A stretch of 64,000 nt of DNA from Mizuhopecten yessoensis (GCF_002113885.1 NW_018406512.1:143216-207215); one strand, 5' to 3'; counted from the stretch's first letter, positions 10,529 to 23,945 are shown. The notes: a model not told the origin generated them from the letters alone. Program-made: numbers and translations.

Positions 10529-12050
10529 AGAGGCAATATCCCGACTAACCTCGGGGCACCTCTGAATGCAACAGTAGCATGCATGTTTGTCTATGTTCAT
10601 TCGCGCAAAAAAAAACCGTCCTGTCTGACTGAATACGAGGGTTTGACCGGTTTTTTTTGCATTGTATGAAAAAGTTTTCGAGTCTAGTAGTAGATATTAA
10701 TGGACATGCGCAGTTGTAAATCATCGGACGTGAATGATTGATACAGCGTGTGTACACGGCTTGGCAGATTGGATAAACAAACGTCATCAGGAACGTTATG
10801 TACAGAATAACAGGAAGACGCCTGCACAACATAAAGGAAAGTACAAATGTAAGAACACTAAACTCAAATGATAAAATCTCCTGGGAGGCATATAGCAAAT
10901 CTCTCGTGACGAGAGAATGTCAGGGCTCGCATCGATGTGCATGCAAAACTCCGAAGGAACACTTCACGCTGGTCTGATTAGCACCAAGATAATTAAACGT
11001 GACAGGATAGAGATATTTGAGTACTTGAAAAACTGTAAAGTACCAAATATATATGATTTAAAATTCTGAAATTACATAAAGCAATTAGCAATGAATGCGT
11101 GACGGGAGATAAGGGTGTTTAATTGGCGTTATTTACTACTGCTTCTGATATAATAACGTGCAATACCTCACACTGCCGCTCCTGCCCTAGACACCGTACA
11201 GAATGAATACCGAATTAAGGTTTAGTGGGAGGCGTGTATTTCCTACTCGTGCAGGATCTGCTGTCGGCGGTAGGGATTAGTGGTCACTGGTCATACTGGG
11301 ACGAAATGTCACCACTAAATCGTAGTTTTCCTATGAATAATTACATACATTGTAAAATTTATAAAAAAAAATGCAGATTTATTGATATTACTTCTTTTTC
11401 AATGTTAGGTTGTTTTTGTGTCTTATCCGTATGTTTGATTTTTTGCATTAAAATAACAACGACTATTAGTTGATTCCATACACCCGGGCTATCCAAATGG
11501 TGGAGTATATCAAACCACTGTCAATGGTCACTAATATGATCACACCTCTGCACCAAACCAATGTAATTCTGATGGACAGTATCTTGCGTAAAATGTCCCA
11601 TTTAGTCTTACTTTAACCGAATGCGATACCGTAATTAGGCTTCGTTAAATTATGAGTGAAGCGTTTAAATGAGCGTGTCTGTAAATAGTATAAAGGACCA
11701 ATCTGACTGTGTATATATAAGATATGTAACATGACAACTCCCGCTGATACCCTCTGTGTCGACTGATCTGGGTTCGAATCTGTCACAACGCATCCACTCA
11801 AAGCTACTGTAGTAATAATTTGTGTCTAAGGAGGCAATTGTAACATCTCGTTTGTTCCCGATTTTGATGGAGTTTTCCGAGATGTTACAATCGTTATGGC
11901 AGGAGTGAAAAGAGAAAACTGTGAAGAGAATTGGAAAAGATAACGTATACTAGCTGTACTAGTAATCGGTGTCAAGTGTCGGACAATCCATTCGGAACGT
12001 TACCATAACATTACATTCAATCCGCGTACGGAGTCGACACCGACTTGTCA

Positions 12051-12200
12051 CATATACCGCCACATAGTAATGTGTCCCCAAGTCCCCCACAGTTGTATTT
12101 GGGCCGTATGTTGTAAGGATACATATACCGCCACATAGTAATGTGTGACGTAGGTCCCCAAGTCCCCTACAGTTGTATTTGGGCCGTATGTTGTAAGGAG
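12051..12200. repeat. Tandem duplication, about 71/79-bp unit x2 with an 8-bp indel
   Basis: CATATACCGCCACATAGTAATGTGT...CCCCAAGTCCCC.ACAGTTGTATTTGGGCCGTATGTTGTAAGGA twice. Confidence 0.92.
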
Positions 12201-12449
12201 ACACTTATGAAGCCATATCAACGTTATTAACTATTATACCGTTCTGACTTCTATATGAACTCCACTCCAACAAAACCATGTCGATCAATTTGATGCTTGT
12301 ATTATGAGCTACATAACCAGCTACAACAGGTTAGGTCTGGCGTGTAATTGTGTTAATACTTACAATGTATCAAACGATAGACTTAATACACTGCAATATG
12401 TCCCCGGGCGAGTCACGTGACCGCTATCTCCCTATCACCTCAAAACAGA

Positions 12450-12880
12450 TGTTCAAACAAGGAAGAAGGCACATAATGACACAGGACCGGAAAAAATAGA
12501 AAGGACCACGTTATGAACAGAAAATGAAATAAGAACGGGATAATTAAGATGTAGCGTCAAATCCGAATAACAAATTGGACTGTGAAATCGTGACGAAAAC
12601 ACAACAGACACCATGGGCAAGAAACGGTGCTCTGGAAAGGTAGACTTTTACTGCACCACATATGGCACCTTAAATGACGTCATCTGTAAAATAGGGATTG
12701 TGGAAGGGGCATGTCGGGTACCAACTATCATAGACACGATAGACCTTGGAAACACCAGTTTTATAAATCTCGCCATGACGCGCTGTAGACTGGCGATTAC
12801 ACGTAAACAGAAAGTACGGAGAACCTACAGCAAGCTGGTGAAATCGACACCCTGTGGACACACACCACGATCTTTACACG
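12450..12880 (-). mobile_element. Heavily decayed Penelope-like retroelement 3' region (RT C-terminus remnant plus 3' motif)
   Basis: Minus strand GGTGCCATATGTGGTGCAGTAAAAGTCTACCTTTCCAGAGCACC resembles the GGTGCCACTAGTGGAGCAGGAACTGCTTACCCTTCCGGAGCACC motif I recall from abundant bivalve PLE-type repeats, followed by a T-rich tail. Upstream, allowing several frameshifts, it reads like RF.(R)ACCRFSDFL (compare RYARACSSYxDFL). Confidence 0.5.
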
Positions 12881-15394
12881 AGATAGCACGTGTTGTTCCC
12901 TGTGGGCCCCAATCTGTCGATTAGCGAGTTAACATGTTTTGCTGAGAGGATATCATCGTACACTTGTCGTCCGTCGGTGTAACGATGACCTGTGATGTGG
13001 AGAGAAGTATGTGGTACTGACACTAAATATAAACCTTGGTTCAACAATGGCGTTTAGCGTTTGTTGACTTGACCTTGTCCTTTACAATGACCTGCCAATG
13101 ATAACAGTGCACGAGAAGCACGCGCGGGCATAGCACAATGCCTTACACGTATCTACCAAATCGAGTTTTAGTGAGAACCAAACAGATCTATAATTCTAAC
13201 ATATGTTAGCCAGAACTGTCAGTATGCGCTTTAAGTCTTGACACTAAGACCAGTGTAGTATTAGGCATCAATACGTCTCACTATCTAGTTTCATTGTGGG
13301 CAATGATAAGACATTAAACTGAGTTACAAGTCAAACATTTCCACTTTACCTGTTGATCGGTTGACATAGTATTGCGAGGTAAAAATTCTTTGCAAACAAT
13401 GAATTTACGATGTGAGAACTATTACGTATGGTACAGATGTAGATATGAATTGTAACAGTTGCAGGAATGCAAAAACAATCGAGATAAATCTGACAGAATT
13501 ATACTCGTGTACCAATAGTATAGATATAAAACGTGTGTTAAGACGTAAGGCATGTGTGAACGGAAGGAACAATTATTTAACGTTATTTGTAAACATTTGT
13601 GTTAGCTTAGGCCTGCAACACTGAACACAACAAGTATTTGTCCGTAAATAAAGCTGTCCCTCTGCTAATCAAACGAGCCAACAAACTAACATACTGCTAC
13701 CGTCGTATTTACAAACAGACCGAATCGTGCCAAATTAACACTCTCTTCTCACAGATCAGTACGGGACCAGCAAGGTTCTTTTTGTACACTCAAATAGCAA
13801 ATCCGGATTTCCAGAGTCTGACTGTTAACTTCAAGGTTTTTAATATCGTACCCATACAAAACATTTCAAAATATTTTGGACACAATCTGAAGAACAAACT
13901 TACGGAAACATGCGAAAATAAGTCAATTATTCCATTATGTAACAACGGACAAATTGTCTCTGCTAACCCAAACCAAAAGCTTTTTGCACCTATATTAATT
14001 TTACTACACCATATAGCCATTTTGACCATTCAGGACTCACCAAAGAACATTTAAGTGATCTGAAACTTATGTTAAATAGATAGTTATTAAATTAATTTGA
14101 GCTCCACTAGAAGTACATCTCTAATACTGAGTTTTACATGTATGGTACCCATCATCCTGGAAAGAAATAACCTTTAATATTTTCATGTTATGTTTAATTT
14201 CATCTGTCAGTGACGAATTCCCTAAAGCAAGGCTACATATTGGGAACGGTTCGGGCCAGCCAACACGATACAATGAAATCAGTTATCAATATTTCATCGT
14301 GTTACAATAACTGTAGCGTGATATCCACTTGGCACGTAAGATTGTATACACGATTAACGGTGTGTACATTCACTGTCCTGTAACACTCCAAGTGTTTGAC
14401 GGTACCATGCCTCTGAAGCCTCGATATGATAACGAGGCTCCCCTGCCGTTACTGGCTACCCTCTATGTCATCAAATCCATTTGGCAGTGGCAATCTCCAC
14501 GTTATATTTATATAGTCCTATTTTGATATGTATCCAAAACAGGCATCAATTCTACATTACTACTACTGTATTAGACAGCAGCTCTCCCCGACAACCCACA
14601 CACTGCTGGGCAATGTTCACTGTTACAGAATCCCTACAAAAGGAACATCGTACCACTCCTGGTACATAGATCATGACAAAAGGCAATATTAACGCTCATC
14701 TGAATACTCTTTTGGTGCGCTCCTTACGTTGATCAGTCATCGAAAGCTTTTAACAGTCGGGCTTCAATTCGCCCCAAGAGAAGCCCGAGAAAGCTTGACA
14801 TAACCTGATAATACAGCAAGTACCACTCTCAGTTGTCAGTCTCCCAGCTACACACAGATCAGAGTATAGGATATACACGTGATAAGAACTGGTCACATCA
14901 TCCCTAGGTCACAAAAACCATGAAACAAGACGGTTCTATGAACCGTGAATGGCGTTTCTCCCGTGTCGGCTTGTGAAAGAACATCTTTTGCCTTGCTATT
15001 GGAGGTCGATTTTGTTTTGGTGATTGTTTAAACTCTCTTTCATGGGCTTTAACGAACATTATTTTGTGTTTCTCAAAATGGGGCGTACATACTGTCAAAA
15101 TACAAAAGAAAAGTGGCACACTGGCATAAACTGAGACTTAAGTATATTTTCCTAAAACATTACTGTTATATCAAATATGAAGAATTTTCAGGCTGTAACA
15201 GTGGATTCCGTATGAACATGCTTTTTACGTTTTCACTAATAATAGGCATATACTAATACAGTGTTTGAGTGCACTGTATAATGCGTTCAATCAAGAAGTA
15301 CGGTTGTACATGATAATCTTTCGGTAAACATCAACTTATGACTATTTGTCTATAAATATATGTTCCTATAGGGAACGCAATAATATTAACGAAC

Positions 15395-15462
15395 TTGTAA
15401 GTCACTCTTTTCCAAGCTTTCGAAGGGCTAAGCCCGAAATCTTGGAAAAGAGTGACTTACAA
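15395..15462. repeat. Near-perfect 28-bp hairpin (1 mismatch, 12-nt loop)
   Basis: TTGTAAGTCACTCTTTTCCAAGCTTTCG-AAGGGCTAAGCC-CGAAATCTTGGAAAAGAGTGACTTACAA. Confidence 0.95.
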
Positions 15463-18400
15463 AATCAACTTGTGAGATAATGCATCACTACATCAAATCC
15501 AGAATCAAGTTTTATTTGAGTCAAATATAATTAATTACTTTTGTTATTCCTGCTTTTTCTCTCTCAGTGTAGTTGTAAATGTATGACGGGGGAAAAGCGC
15601 AGAGAAGATGTTATAAAATGCGCATATTCAAATGTTCGGAATTTCAGTAATAAATTATTTATGAAATAAAATGACGAAAAAGCAAAGAAGGTAAGCGATC
15701 CTTAGCCAAAGGGACGAAATACACAACTGTAAAAAAATCGAACTGAAACGGAAGGCAACATCACCCGTCATACGCGCTAACGTTTCTCTGGGGGAGTATC
15801 AACAGGCAAGCACAAGTAGGTTAACTAAGTACGTCGTCTTAGTGTTTAAGTGTTTACTGTGAACACACTTTAAGTATATTTCAAACATGTTCTTTTTGCC
15901 CTTCATTCAAAGGAATCTCTGGTGTTTACGGACGTAACAAGAAATCATGGGCTACACTTACACTATACTTCAGTAAGGTAATTAGTATTTTTCGCAAACA
16001 TGCATATTTTGTTAGGTTTTAATTTCGTTAACATCCTATGTTTACCCGTCTTTCCCATGTCAACAAGATTTTTCCAGTAATTCCACCTTAAACGACACTG
16101 GAGTCGGTATATAGGCAGGCGCTCCCACTTAGTGAACACTCAAGAAAATAAACAAACAGGGGCATATTTACATGTCGACTGAAACATGCTGAGTTGTGCT
16201 AACGTTACAGGTCGGTTGTTTGGGCAACATTTTAATGAGTCTTCAACGAAACCTGATTTAGATGGATAAGAACGCTGTGAGGTGCCCTTCATCTTAAACA
16301 TCGTGTCAGTTTGTTTATTATTATAGTGATTTTTTACATGTTTGAAAACAAGCCAGCAGGTTTGCGTGCTGTGTTTGAAATTTGAAGGATACTTTGGAGG
16401 TTTTATACTTTTAAATACAGGTCTTTAACGACAATATCGCGAGCGTGTTTTGGTTTATTTAAAGTGTAATGTGTTTTATTTCTGATTTCCTATTTTCGAA
16501 AAGATAAATCATTTTATATTATCGCATTTGTGAGAATTTGTCATTTTTTATCAGCACAGATTTTATCAATAAGTAAATTACAATGTCACGTTTGTAATGT
16601 TATAAGTGGTTCACCGATTTAAGAAGGATTTTGTATCCGTTTTACATATTATTTCAGATGTTTACGAGATAAATATTTTAATGTAAATTTTTACATGTAC
16701 TTATGACAAACAACATTACTGCTTTGCTTCACACTCATATTTTTGAAGTTTTCATTCTTTGCATTTGGTTGAAAAAAAGCTGGTTTGAGCACATAATTCA
16801 TGGTTGAGCACGAGATCGGTTCATCAATACGGACCCAGGACTATCCGACGTAGTTTTCAGCTACAAGAAAAAAATAAAATCTTTGTGTAAGTCTAACTAC
16901 ATATTGAACTGCTTTCAAATGGCATTCATAGGCAATGCGAATGCCAACAGTACAAAGTCAAATACAAGGAAGCGCTTCATGTTGAATTTGCATTTATCCA
17001 GTTTGCATTCATTTAAAATATGAATGCCAACAATATTTAGTTCAATACTTATATTTACCATTTTACCAAAAAAATACCTCATAGAAAATGTATTTAGACG
17101 TATTGTTATTCATAATTCAGTCCAAATAATGTTTTTATCGTTTATACTTGTTCGATGAATAAAATAGCCATCCTTCCAGTGAGATAAGGGGTATTCAACG
17201 TAGCAATTATGACGTCAACAATCAGCTCATGGCATGCATAGCCTACATGAATGTCATCTGAATGTTGTAAGTATGTAGTGACAATGCCATACAATGGTAA
17301 ATATAACATCATAGTGTCCAGTTCCTCGGTCTGATGAAATGGCGGTCTTCAGGATAACGTTGTTCTTGTATCGCCCCGTGAGGTTTAGGACAAAGTGATT
17401 TTTTCAAAATTGTATTTCTATCAAAAATAAGAATAACAAGCCAGTACATATGCTGGCGTTTTTTAAGCGGAAGGTTGCGGTGGGAGACAGTTTGTTTGAA
17501 AAGACTGCCGAGAAACCGTCCCTCACCGCTGCAATACATAATAAATCAGACTTGTGTACGGAAAGTGTTTATTATCTTCTCTGGTTTACGTAACAGAGGT
17601 TGACACAGACTTCGTCCCATCAATCCACGGCCAATTTGCGGAAAATAGTAGAAAACACTTAAACGAAAATCAATAGCAAGGCTTACGGCAAAGGACATTG
17701 ACAGAGAGAATCGTACCGACAATGTCACGGGTCTATATCTCGACAAGCACGTGTATTACATAATAATCTAATAAAAAGACAAGGACCGTGCCTATGCACG
17801 GCCCAGTGGCAGTAAAGGACAAGCAGAGGAGATTAAAACACATCCGGCCCGACCATATATGTCCATTAAAGTAGATTGGGCCGGTATCAAGCCCAAACTA
17901 GAAAGCTAAATTGGCATCATTTCATGCAAAACAAGTTTATTTTCAGCTGCAATCTGACTGATTCATCTCTTCAGTGTTCACTGGAATAAAACCATTGTCT
18001 ACCGGCCATCAGTGGGGAAACACAACTTTCTCCATTTATACGTTATTACGTTGTGTAAGTGTCTTGGAAATATATTGTTATCGATAAATATGAATAAGAA
18101 TAATTCAACTGGAAATGAAACCACCATTATCTATCTTGTCCATACGTCAACTTAGCGTTTGTTGCTGATGGTGTCAGTTCTTACACTGTACTTGGCTGTA
18201 TACATTTTCTATCTAGCGTCTATTGTTGGCAGAGTCAATCTCTTTTTAACGTTCTTACTTGGCTGTATACATTTTCTTTGTATCGTTTGTTGCTGGTAGA
18301 GTCAATTCTCTTTGTACCGTCCTCATTTGGTTGATGTCTAATTACTATGTAGCGTTCATCCTTGGTGAGGTCCATTGTGGCCCTAGTTTGACGGATAGAT

Positions 18401-19191
18401 CCTGTCCTAAAATTTGAAATACTGCGATAGATCGATATTTTGCTACATGTTGGGACAATAGTATCCGTATTTAAGAAATACATATGCATGCTTCCATTCC
18501 TGGCCACTGTTTGTAAGCAATTTGTTTTTTTTAATAGTGAATATCCGGAATCTTCACTGCAGTTAAAGTGAAATAGGAAAAAAACAACCATTACATACAT
18601 AGTAATTAAACGTTATTGGCGAAATTAACACTGGGCGGCGAGAATTGATTTTAGTTGTGAAAGATGAGAGTGTGACTTGGCGAAGTTTCCAGATATACAG
18701 TTCTGTTTTGACAGCGTACGACATTTCAGTACCAGTCACGACGATTCAGTAACTGTAAGCTTTTTGGATACAAAGATCATACTTCGGGACACTTCAAAAA
18801 TAATAACGTATCTTATTCTGCAAACGAGTTAAAGACATTTCATGTGTAGACATTTTAAAAGTAAATACAAGCCAGTACGATAACAGATCTCGCTCCGCTC
18901 CACAATGAGACCGAAACGTTACAGTGTTAATAATTGTTGTAAAACGTCCCTTCAACTTAGCCTCACTCCGATTTATGGACTATGAATCAAATAACATGAC
19001 CTGGGTTTGACGTCTAAATTCTATATTTTTAACAGTTAACGATTAAGATGTAATGACTATGACAGCATGATGTGTCATTCGGTCCTACTGAATACCACTG
19101 GTTCCAACGGTGTAGCATGCCATTACTCTCAAGGCTAAATCAAATTAAATTCAGTATTATTTGAATTATAGCTGTGATGTTTGATGGGAGG

Positions 19192-20697
19192 GAAATACAG
19201 ACGCCATACAGAACCAAGTGACAGAGAAGAAATACAGACGCCATACAGAACCAAGTGACAGAGAAAAAAATGGAACTCCGATGCAAACCATTATATAGGG
19301 AACGATACTGCCCATTATATAGCGACAGGGCATCTGGGAACGATACAGACCATTACATAGCGACATAGCATCGGGGAACGATACTACCCATTATATAGCG
19401 AAAAAACATCTGGGAACGATACAGCCCATTACATAGTGACAGGGCATCTGGGAACGATACTGACCATTACATAGTGACATAGCATCGGGGAACGATACTA
19501 CCCATTATATAGCGAAAAAACATCTGGGAACGATACTGCCCATTACATAGTGACAGCGCATCTGGGAACGATACTGACCATTACATAGCGACAGAGCATC
19601 GGGGAACGATACTACCCATTATATAGCGAAAAAACCCATCTGGGAACGATACTGCCCATTACATAGTGACAGCGCATCTGGGAACGATACTGACCGTTAC
19701 ATAGTGACAGGGCATCGGGGAACGATACTGATCATTATATAGCGAAAAAACATCGGGGAACGATACTGACCATTACATAGTGACAGGGCATCTGGGAACG
19801 ATACTGACCATTACATAGTGACATAGCATCAGGGAACGAAACTGCCCATTACATAGTGACAGGGCATCTGGGAACGATACTGCCCATTACATAGTGACAG
19901 GGCATCTAGGAACGATACTGCCCATTACATAGTGACAGGGCATCTGGGAACGATACTGATCATTACATAGCAACAGAATCTCAGGGTATGATACTGGCAA
20001 TTACATAGCAACAGAATCTCAGGGTATGATACTGGCCATTACATAGCAACAGAATCTCAGTGTATGATACTGGCCATTACATAGCAACAGAATCTCAAGG
20101 TATGATACTGGCCATTACATAGCAACAGAATCTCAGGGTATGATACTGGCCATTAAATAGCAACAGAATCTCAGGGTATGATACTGATCATTACATAGCA
20201 ACAGAATCTCAGGGTATGATACTGGCCATTTCATAGCAACAGAATCTCAGGGTATGATACTGGCCATTACATAGCAACAGAATCTCAAGGTATGATACTG
20301 ATCATTACATAGCAACAGAATCTCAGGGTATGATACTGGCTATTACATAGCAACAGAATCTCAAGGGATGATACTGAGCATTACATAGCAACAGAATCTC
20401 AGGGGATGATACTGGCCATTACATAGCAACCGAATCTCAAGGTATGATACTGGCCATTACATAGCAACAGAATCTGAAGGTATGATACTGGCCATTACAT
20501 AGCAATAGAATATCAGGGTATGATACTGGCCATTACATAGCAACCGAATCTCAAGGTATGATACTGGCCATTACATAGCAATAGAATCTCAGGGGGTGAT
20601 ACTGGCCATTACATAGCAACAGAATCTCAAGGTATGATACTGGCCATTACATAGCAATAGAATATCAGGGTATGATACTGGCCATTACATAGCAACA
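19192..20697. repeat. Composite minisatellite: short 2-copy repeat, then a 38-bp array with two sequence subtypes (about 17 plus 19 units)
   Basis: Subtype 1 GACAGGGCATCTGGGAACGATACTGMCCATTACATAGT (about 19324-19970); subtype 2 AACAGAATCTCAGGGTATGATACTGGCCATTACATAGC (about 19972-20697). Confidence 0.97.
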
Positions 20698-22503
20698 AGT
20701 ATATGGAAAGCCAAATAAACATATATTCAAATAATTGCACCTATCTTCAAATTGAATAATACTGAATACTGTCTCTAATCGAATTGGATTCATAAGATTG
20801 ATATCCACCGAGTAGGAGTGACAGAAAGTATTGGAATGACACACATGACCAGGAATGACAGAGAAGATAAGAGGAGAAAGGTCTACTTGTCACCCATTCT
20901 AGTACCATATTTCATTGAACTATAAACATCAACTAATAACAATCAAGATAGAAAATAATTAATCCTCTTAATTGTTGTTTTTTCTCTTAGAATACAGGCC
21001 GTTCTAGAACAAAGCGCCTTCTATAACGGTCCGTGCAATCCTCTTGTTTCTCGGTAATGTTCCGATCTGTCCGGGGGTTTGTCTTACGCAAAGTTGTTTT
21101 GATTGCCGGGATTAAATTGCTTGCAAACATGTTCTTCTTAAAATTCCATTTGAGGCGGAAATGAAGTTTCCGTTTAGCAGACAAGTACGACTACAAAGAC
21201 ACATCTGGTTGACAATGGGTAACAATAAATTATCCTGCAGACGATTGAAATGTTGTGTTACATCCGTTATTGTTATGTCATGGATGTGCTGGTCTATGTG
21301 CACCCACTTAGCCTCTAACAGAGCTATGTAGATCATTTATCACGTTATCAAATCTCAATATGGTTCATATTTTGTCTTGGGAATTAGTTGTCATAGAAAC
21401 GTAAAGGTTAATGTCAGAAATTGGATTTTTCTACCATTTTGATATTTGTTGCGGGACATGTGCTAACTTGCTCCGAGCCTGTAATTCTATAAAAGCGCAC
21501 CAATATGCCTGGCAGTTCGTATTTATGACACAAATACGCCCTTTCTTCTGGGATCGGGAGCTGACACCTGTCAGACTGGGCTTCCATAACCGTTACCTCA
21601 TACAACAAAACGAGTCAGATATTGTCAGAAAGAGTTCCATTCTTTCGAGTAATGTTGAATTCTAGGATTTCGGTTAAAGCGCGGATATACCCTTTTAAAA
21701 CGAACGTGTGCAAAATCACTTACGACTCGAAAACGTCAAAACATCGAAAGGGATAGATGAATAAAAATGTGTAAAATGTTCTTCCATTAAAACTTTAACG
21801 TTAATAGGCTGTAGCCTTTGATTGACGGTATTAAGAGCTGCTAACTCGGGGGCAGATGTTTCAGAGACGATCTATCTAACGACTAAACGAGAAGACGATC
21901 AGATTTATACAAAGTGATTCGAAGATTCTTAGACCAACTGACAAGTTTATCTCTCAGGTCTGTAAATAAAACGGCACTAAAATCGTGCTCCCGGGAGATT
22001 GACACGCCCAGAGTCATTTGAGGGACCAATTTCCCAGTTAATTTCAAAAGTCTCTCCCCTATTAATGGTCGTCCATAGGAAGAACATCACGAATTCCCGC
22101 CAGTTTACATCCGTTGCGCGTGACGTCAAGATCTCTGAGGCGCTTTGAAGGATCTGCAGACGTGGTATGACCTGTTGTGGTCTTCGGAAATCAATTCAGT
22201 GTCACATTTAACAAATCCCGTTTTGTATGATGCAAGATACCCAAATAGTGCTCTAACCATCATTTAGTATTTTAGAATTAAGTGTCAAGCTCTTAGAAAA
22301 CTGACGCGGAATTTCAAGATAATTTTGCCTCACGCTATCAAAACCTTTATTACCCATAATTAACCATCATTTGATTCTAATGAGGGCAGACTTGACTGAC
22401 ATGAAGTAAAACACAACTTAAGGGTCGAATTCTTATCAATTCTTTCGCAATTTTCGACTTGTAAGAGGAGCTTTGTGAAAGCCTGGTGATGTACCGAGAG
22501 AGG

Positions 22504-22648
22504 GGTCATAGCTTGAAGATATTTAATGTGAGGTCGTGGTAGTGATCTTCTCCGACACAGACGGCACTAATAACACTGTCCACTATTCATTAGAAAAGCA
22601 GAGTGTTGTGAATAACGATCTCACATTAAATATCTTCAAGCTATGACC
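22504..22648. repeat. 34-bp inverted repeat (1 mismatch) with 77-bp spacer; MITE-like or foldback
   Basis: GGTCATAGCTTGAAGATATTTAATGTGAGGTCGT versus ACGATCTCACATTAAATATCTTCAAGCTATGACC. Flanking GA and CT runs extend the symmetry. Confidence 0.9.
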
Positions 22649-23824
22649 TCCCCCCCTCTCTCTCTCTCTCTAAAAATATGTTTAAATAAAAAAAAAACCA
22701 CGAACATCGGTTCCCTGTTATAAAACATGCTGTAATTCACTAGCGGAGAAAACATGTTTTATAACAATGACATTCGTTAGAAAAGAGTTCCGTGCTCCGG
22801 TTTGAGCTCTCCGTCAGACTTCTGAGTTTTTGGACTCATTGACTGACCACGGTAGATTTCCGCTCCGTAGGCCGCTAAAGTTATGCAATGACTCAAACTA
22901 TTAGCAATCAACAAATTGTGTTTGAACAGAGCAATATGATTGGTCGCTTTGAGAAATCTCCTTGGGATGAAATGAGCTGTCTAATACCACATCAATAACC
23001 TCTTACGTAAAAATACATACAGGTTTTTTTGCTTCAGATGGAATATATCTAAGACACGCTTAGAACACAATCTTGACAGGACACGTGTCATTTTCTGCTG
23101 TTTTTTTCTATCACATAGCAGCTGAAAATGAATTGTGGATATATTTATAAGATATTGTACGAATTTCTTCTTGTAAAGACACGGCTTTGAAAGAAATAAA
23201 ATACCACAATAAAGTCGAAAACAGTCTGGAGATATTTTTAATGCAATTAAAAAATTCCCGACGTTTTGTAATCATGTCATTGAAATATCCAGTTACCGTA
23301 CAGTTCAGGATAATCCTCAAGTTTGTTATCAGTTAATCCTCTTTCTCACGTCTGTAATATTATCGGGTGTGTATAATTATCACCCCTCTTTATGTCATTT
23401 TATCGTAATTATAACACGTTTCGTGTTTCCTTAATTCAAACTCACAATCCATGGATGTTTATTTTTAATTAATAACCATCAATATCTTGATGGGGAGGAC
23501 ACACGCGGTGTCTGTGATACATACAGTACCTGGTGGTATTGTTGAGTGAGAGACATGTTTATAAATAATCAGTAGTTTACCGACTATCTTAATGATCTAT
23601 CTCAGCCTGTCAATGTGAATTACAGGCTTAAATAGTACCCCTCTTATCACGAAGACAAATCTCGCTTTTACAAATCGACCAATAAGGAAAGAAATCATGT
23701 TGATGGATAACGTTTCATTTTAAATTAAATAGATAACCAGTAAGACAGTAAACGAAAGCAATGTCATTGTAAATCTAGGATGATCAGTTCCTCAATAAAT
23801 ACACGAATAAACTAATGTATTTGA

Positions 23825-23945
23825 TATGGCCAAAGGAACGAGTATCTCTCAATGTGTATGTCCGAAGGAACGAGAAACTCTCAATATATATGTCCAAAGG
23901 AACGAGAATCTCTCAATGTATATGTCCGAAAGAATCGAGAATATC
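23825..23945. repeat. Tandem repeat, 32-bp unit, about 3.5 copies
   Basis: AAGGAACGAG.AWCTCTCAATRTRTATGTCCR repeated. Confidence 0.9.

Noticed and set aside
10141-10898. 135-aa and 117-aa ORFs as genes
   Set aside because: No recognisable domain, overlap a tandem duplication, and composition looks non-coding.
11770-11782. B-box-like GGTTCGAATC here and at about 42772-42782 (minus) as tRNA genes
   Set aside because: No A-box, acceptor stem or cloverleaf.
13638-14054. 138-aa ORF, and antisense KMAIWCSK as an L1/Tx1 ORF2 end
   Set aside because: Only a few residues resemble Tx1 C-termini; no CCHC motif or tail to support it.
20970-21060. Plus-strand small exon (TTTTTCTCTTAG acceptor, IQAVLEQSAFYNGPCNPLVS, GTAATG donor)
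   Set aside because: Weak donor, unrecognised peptide, no partner exons; needs RNA-seq.
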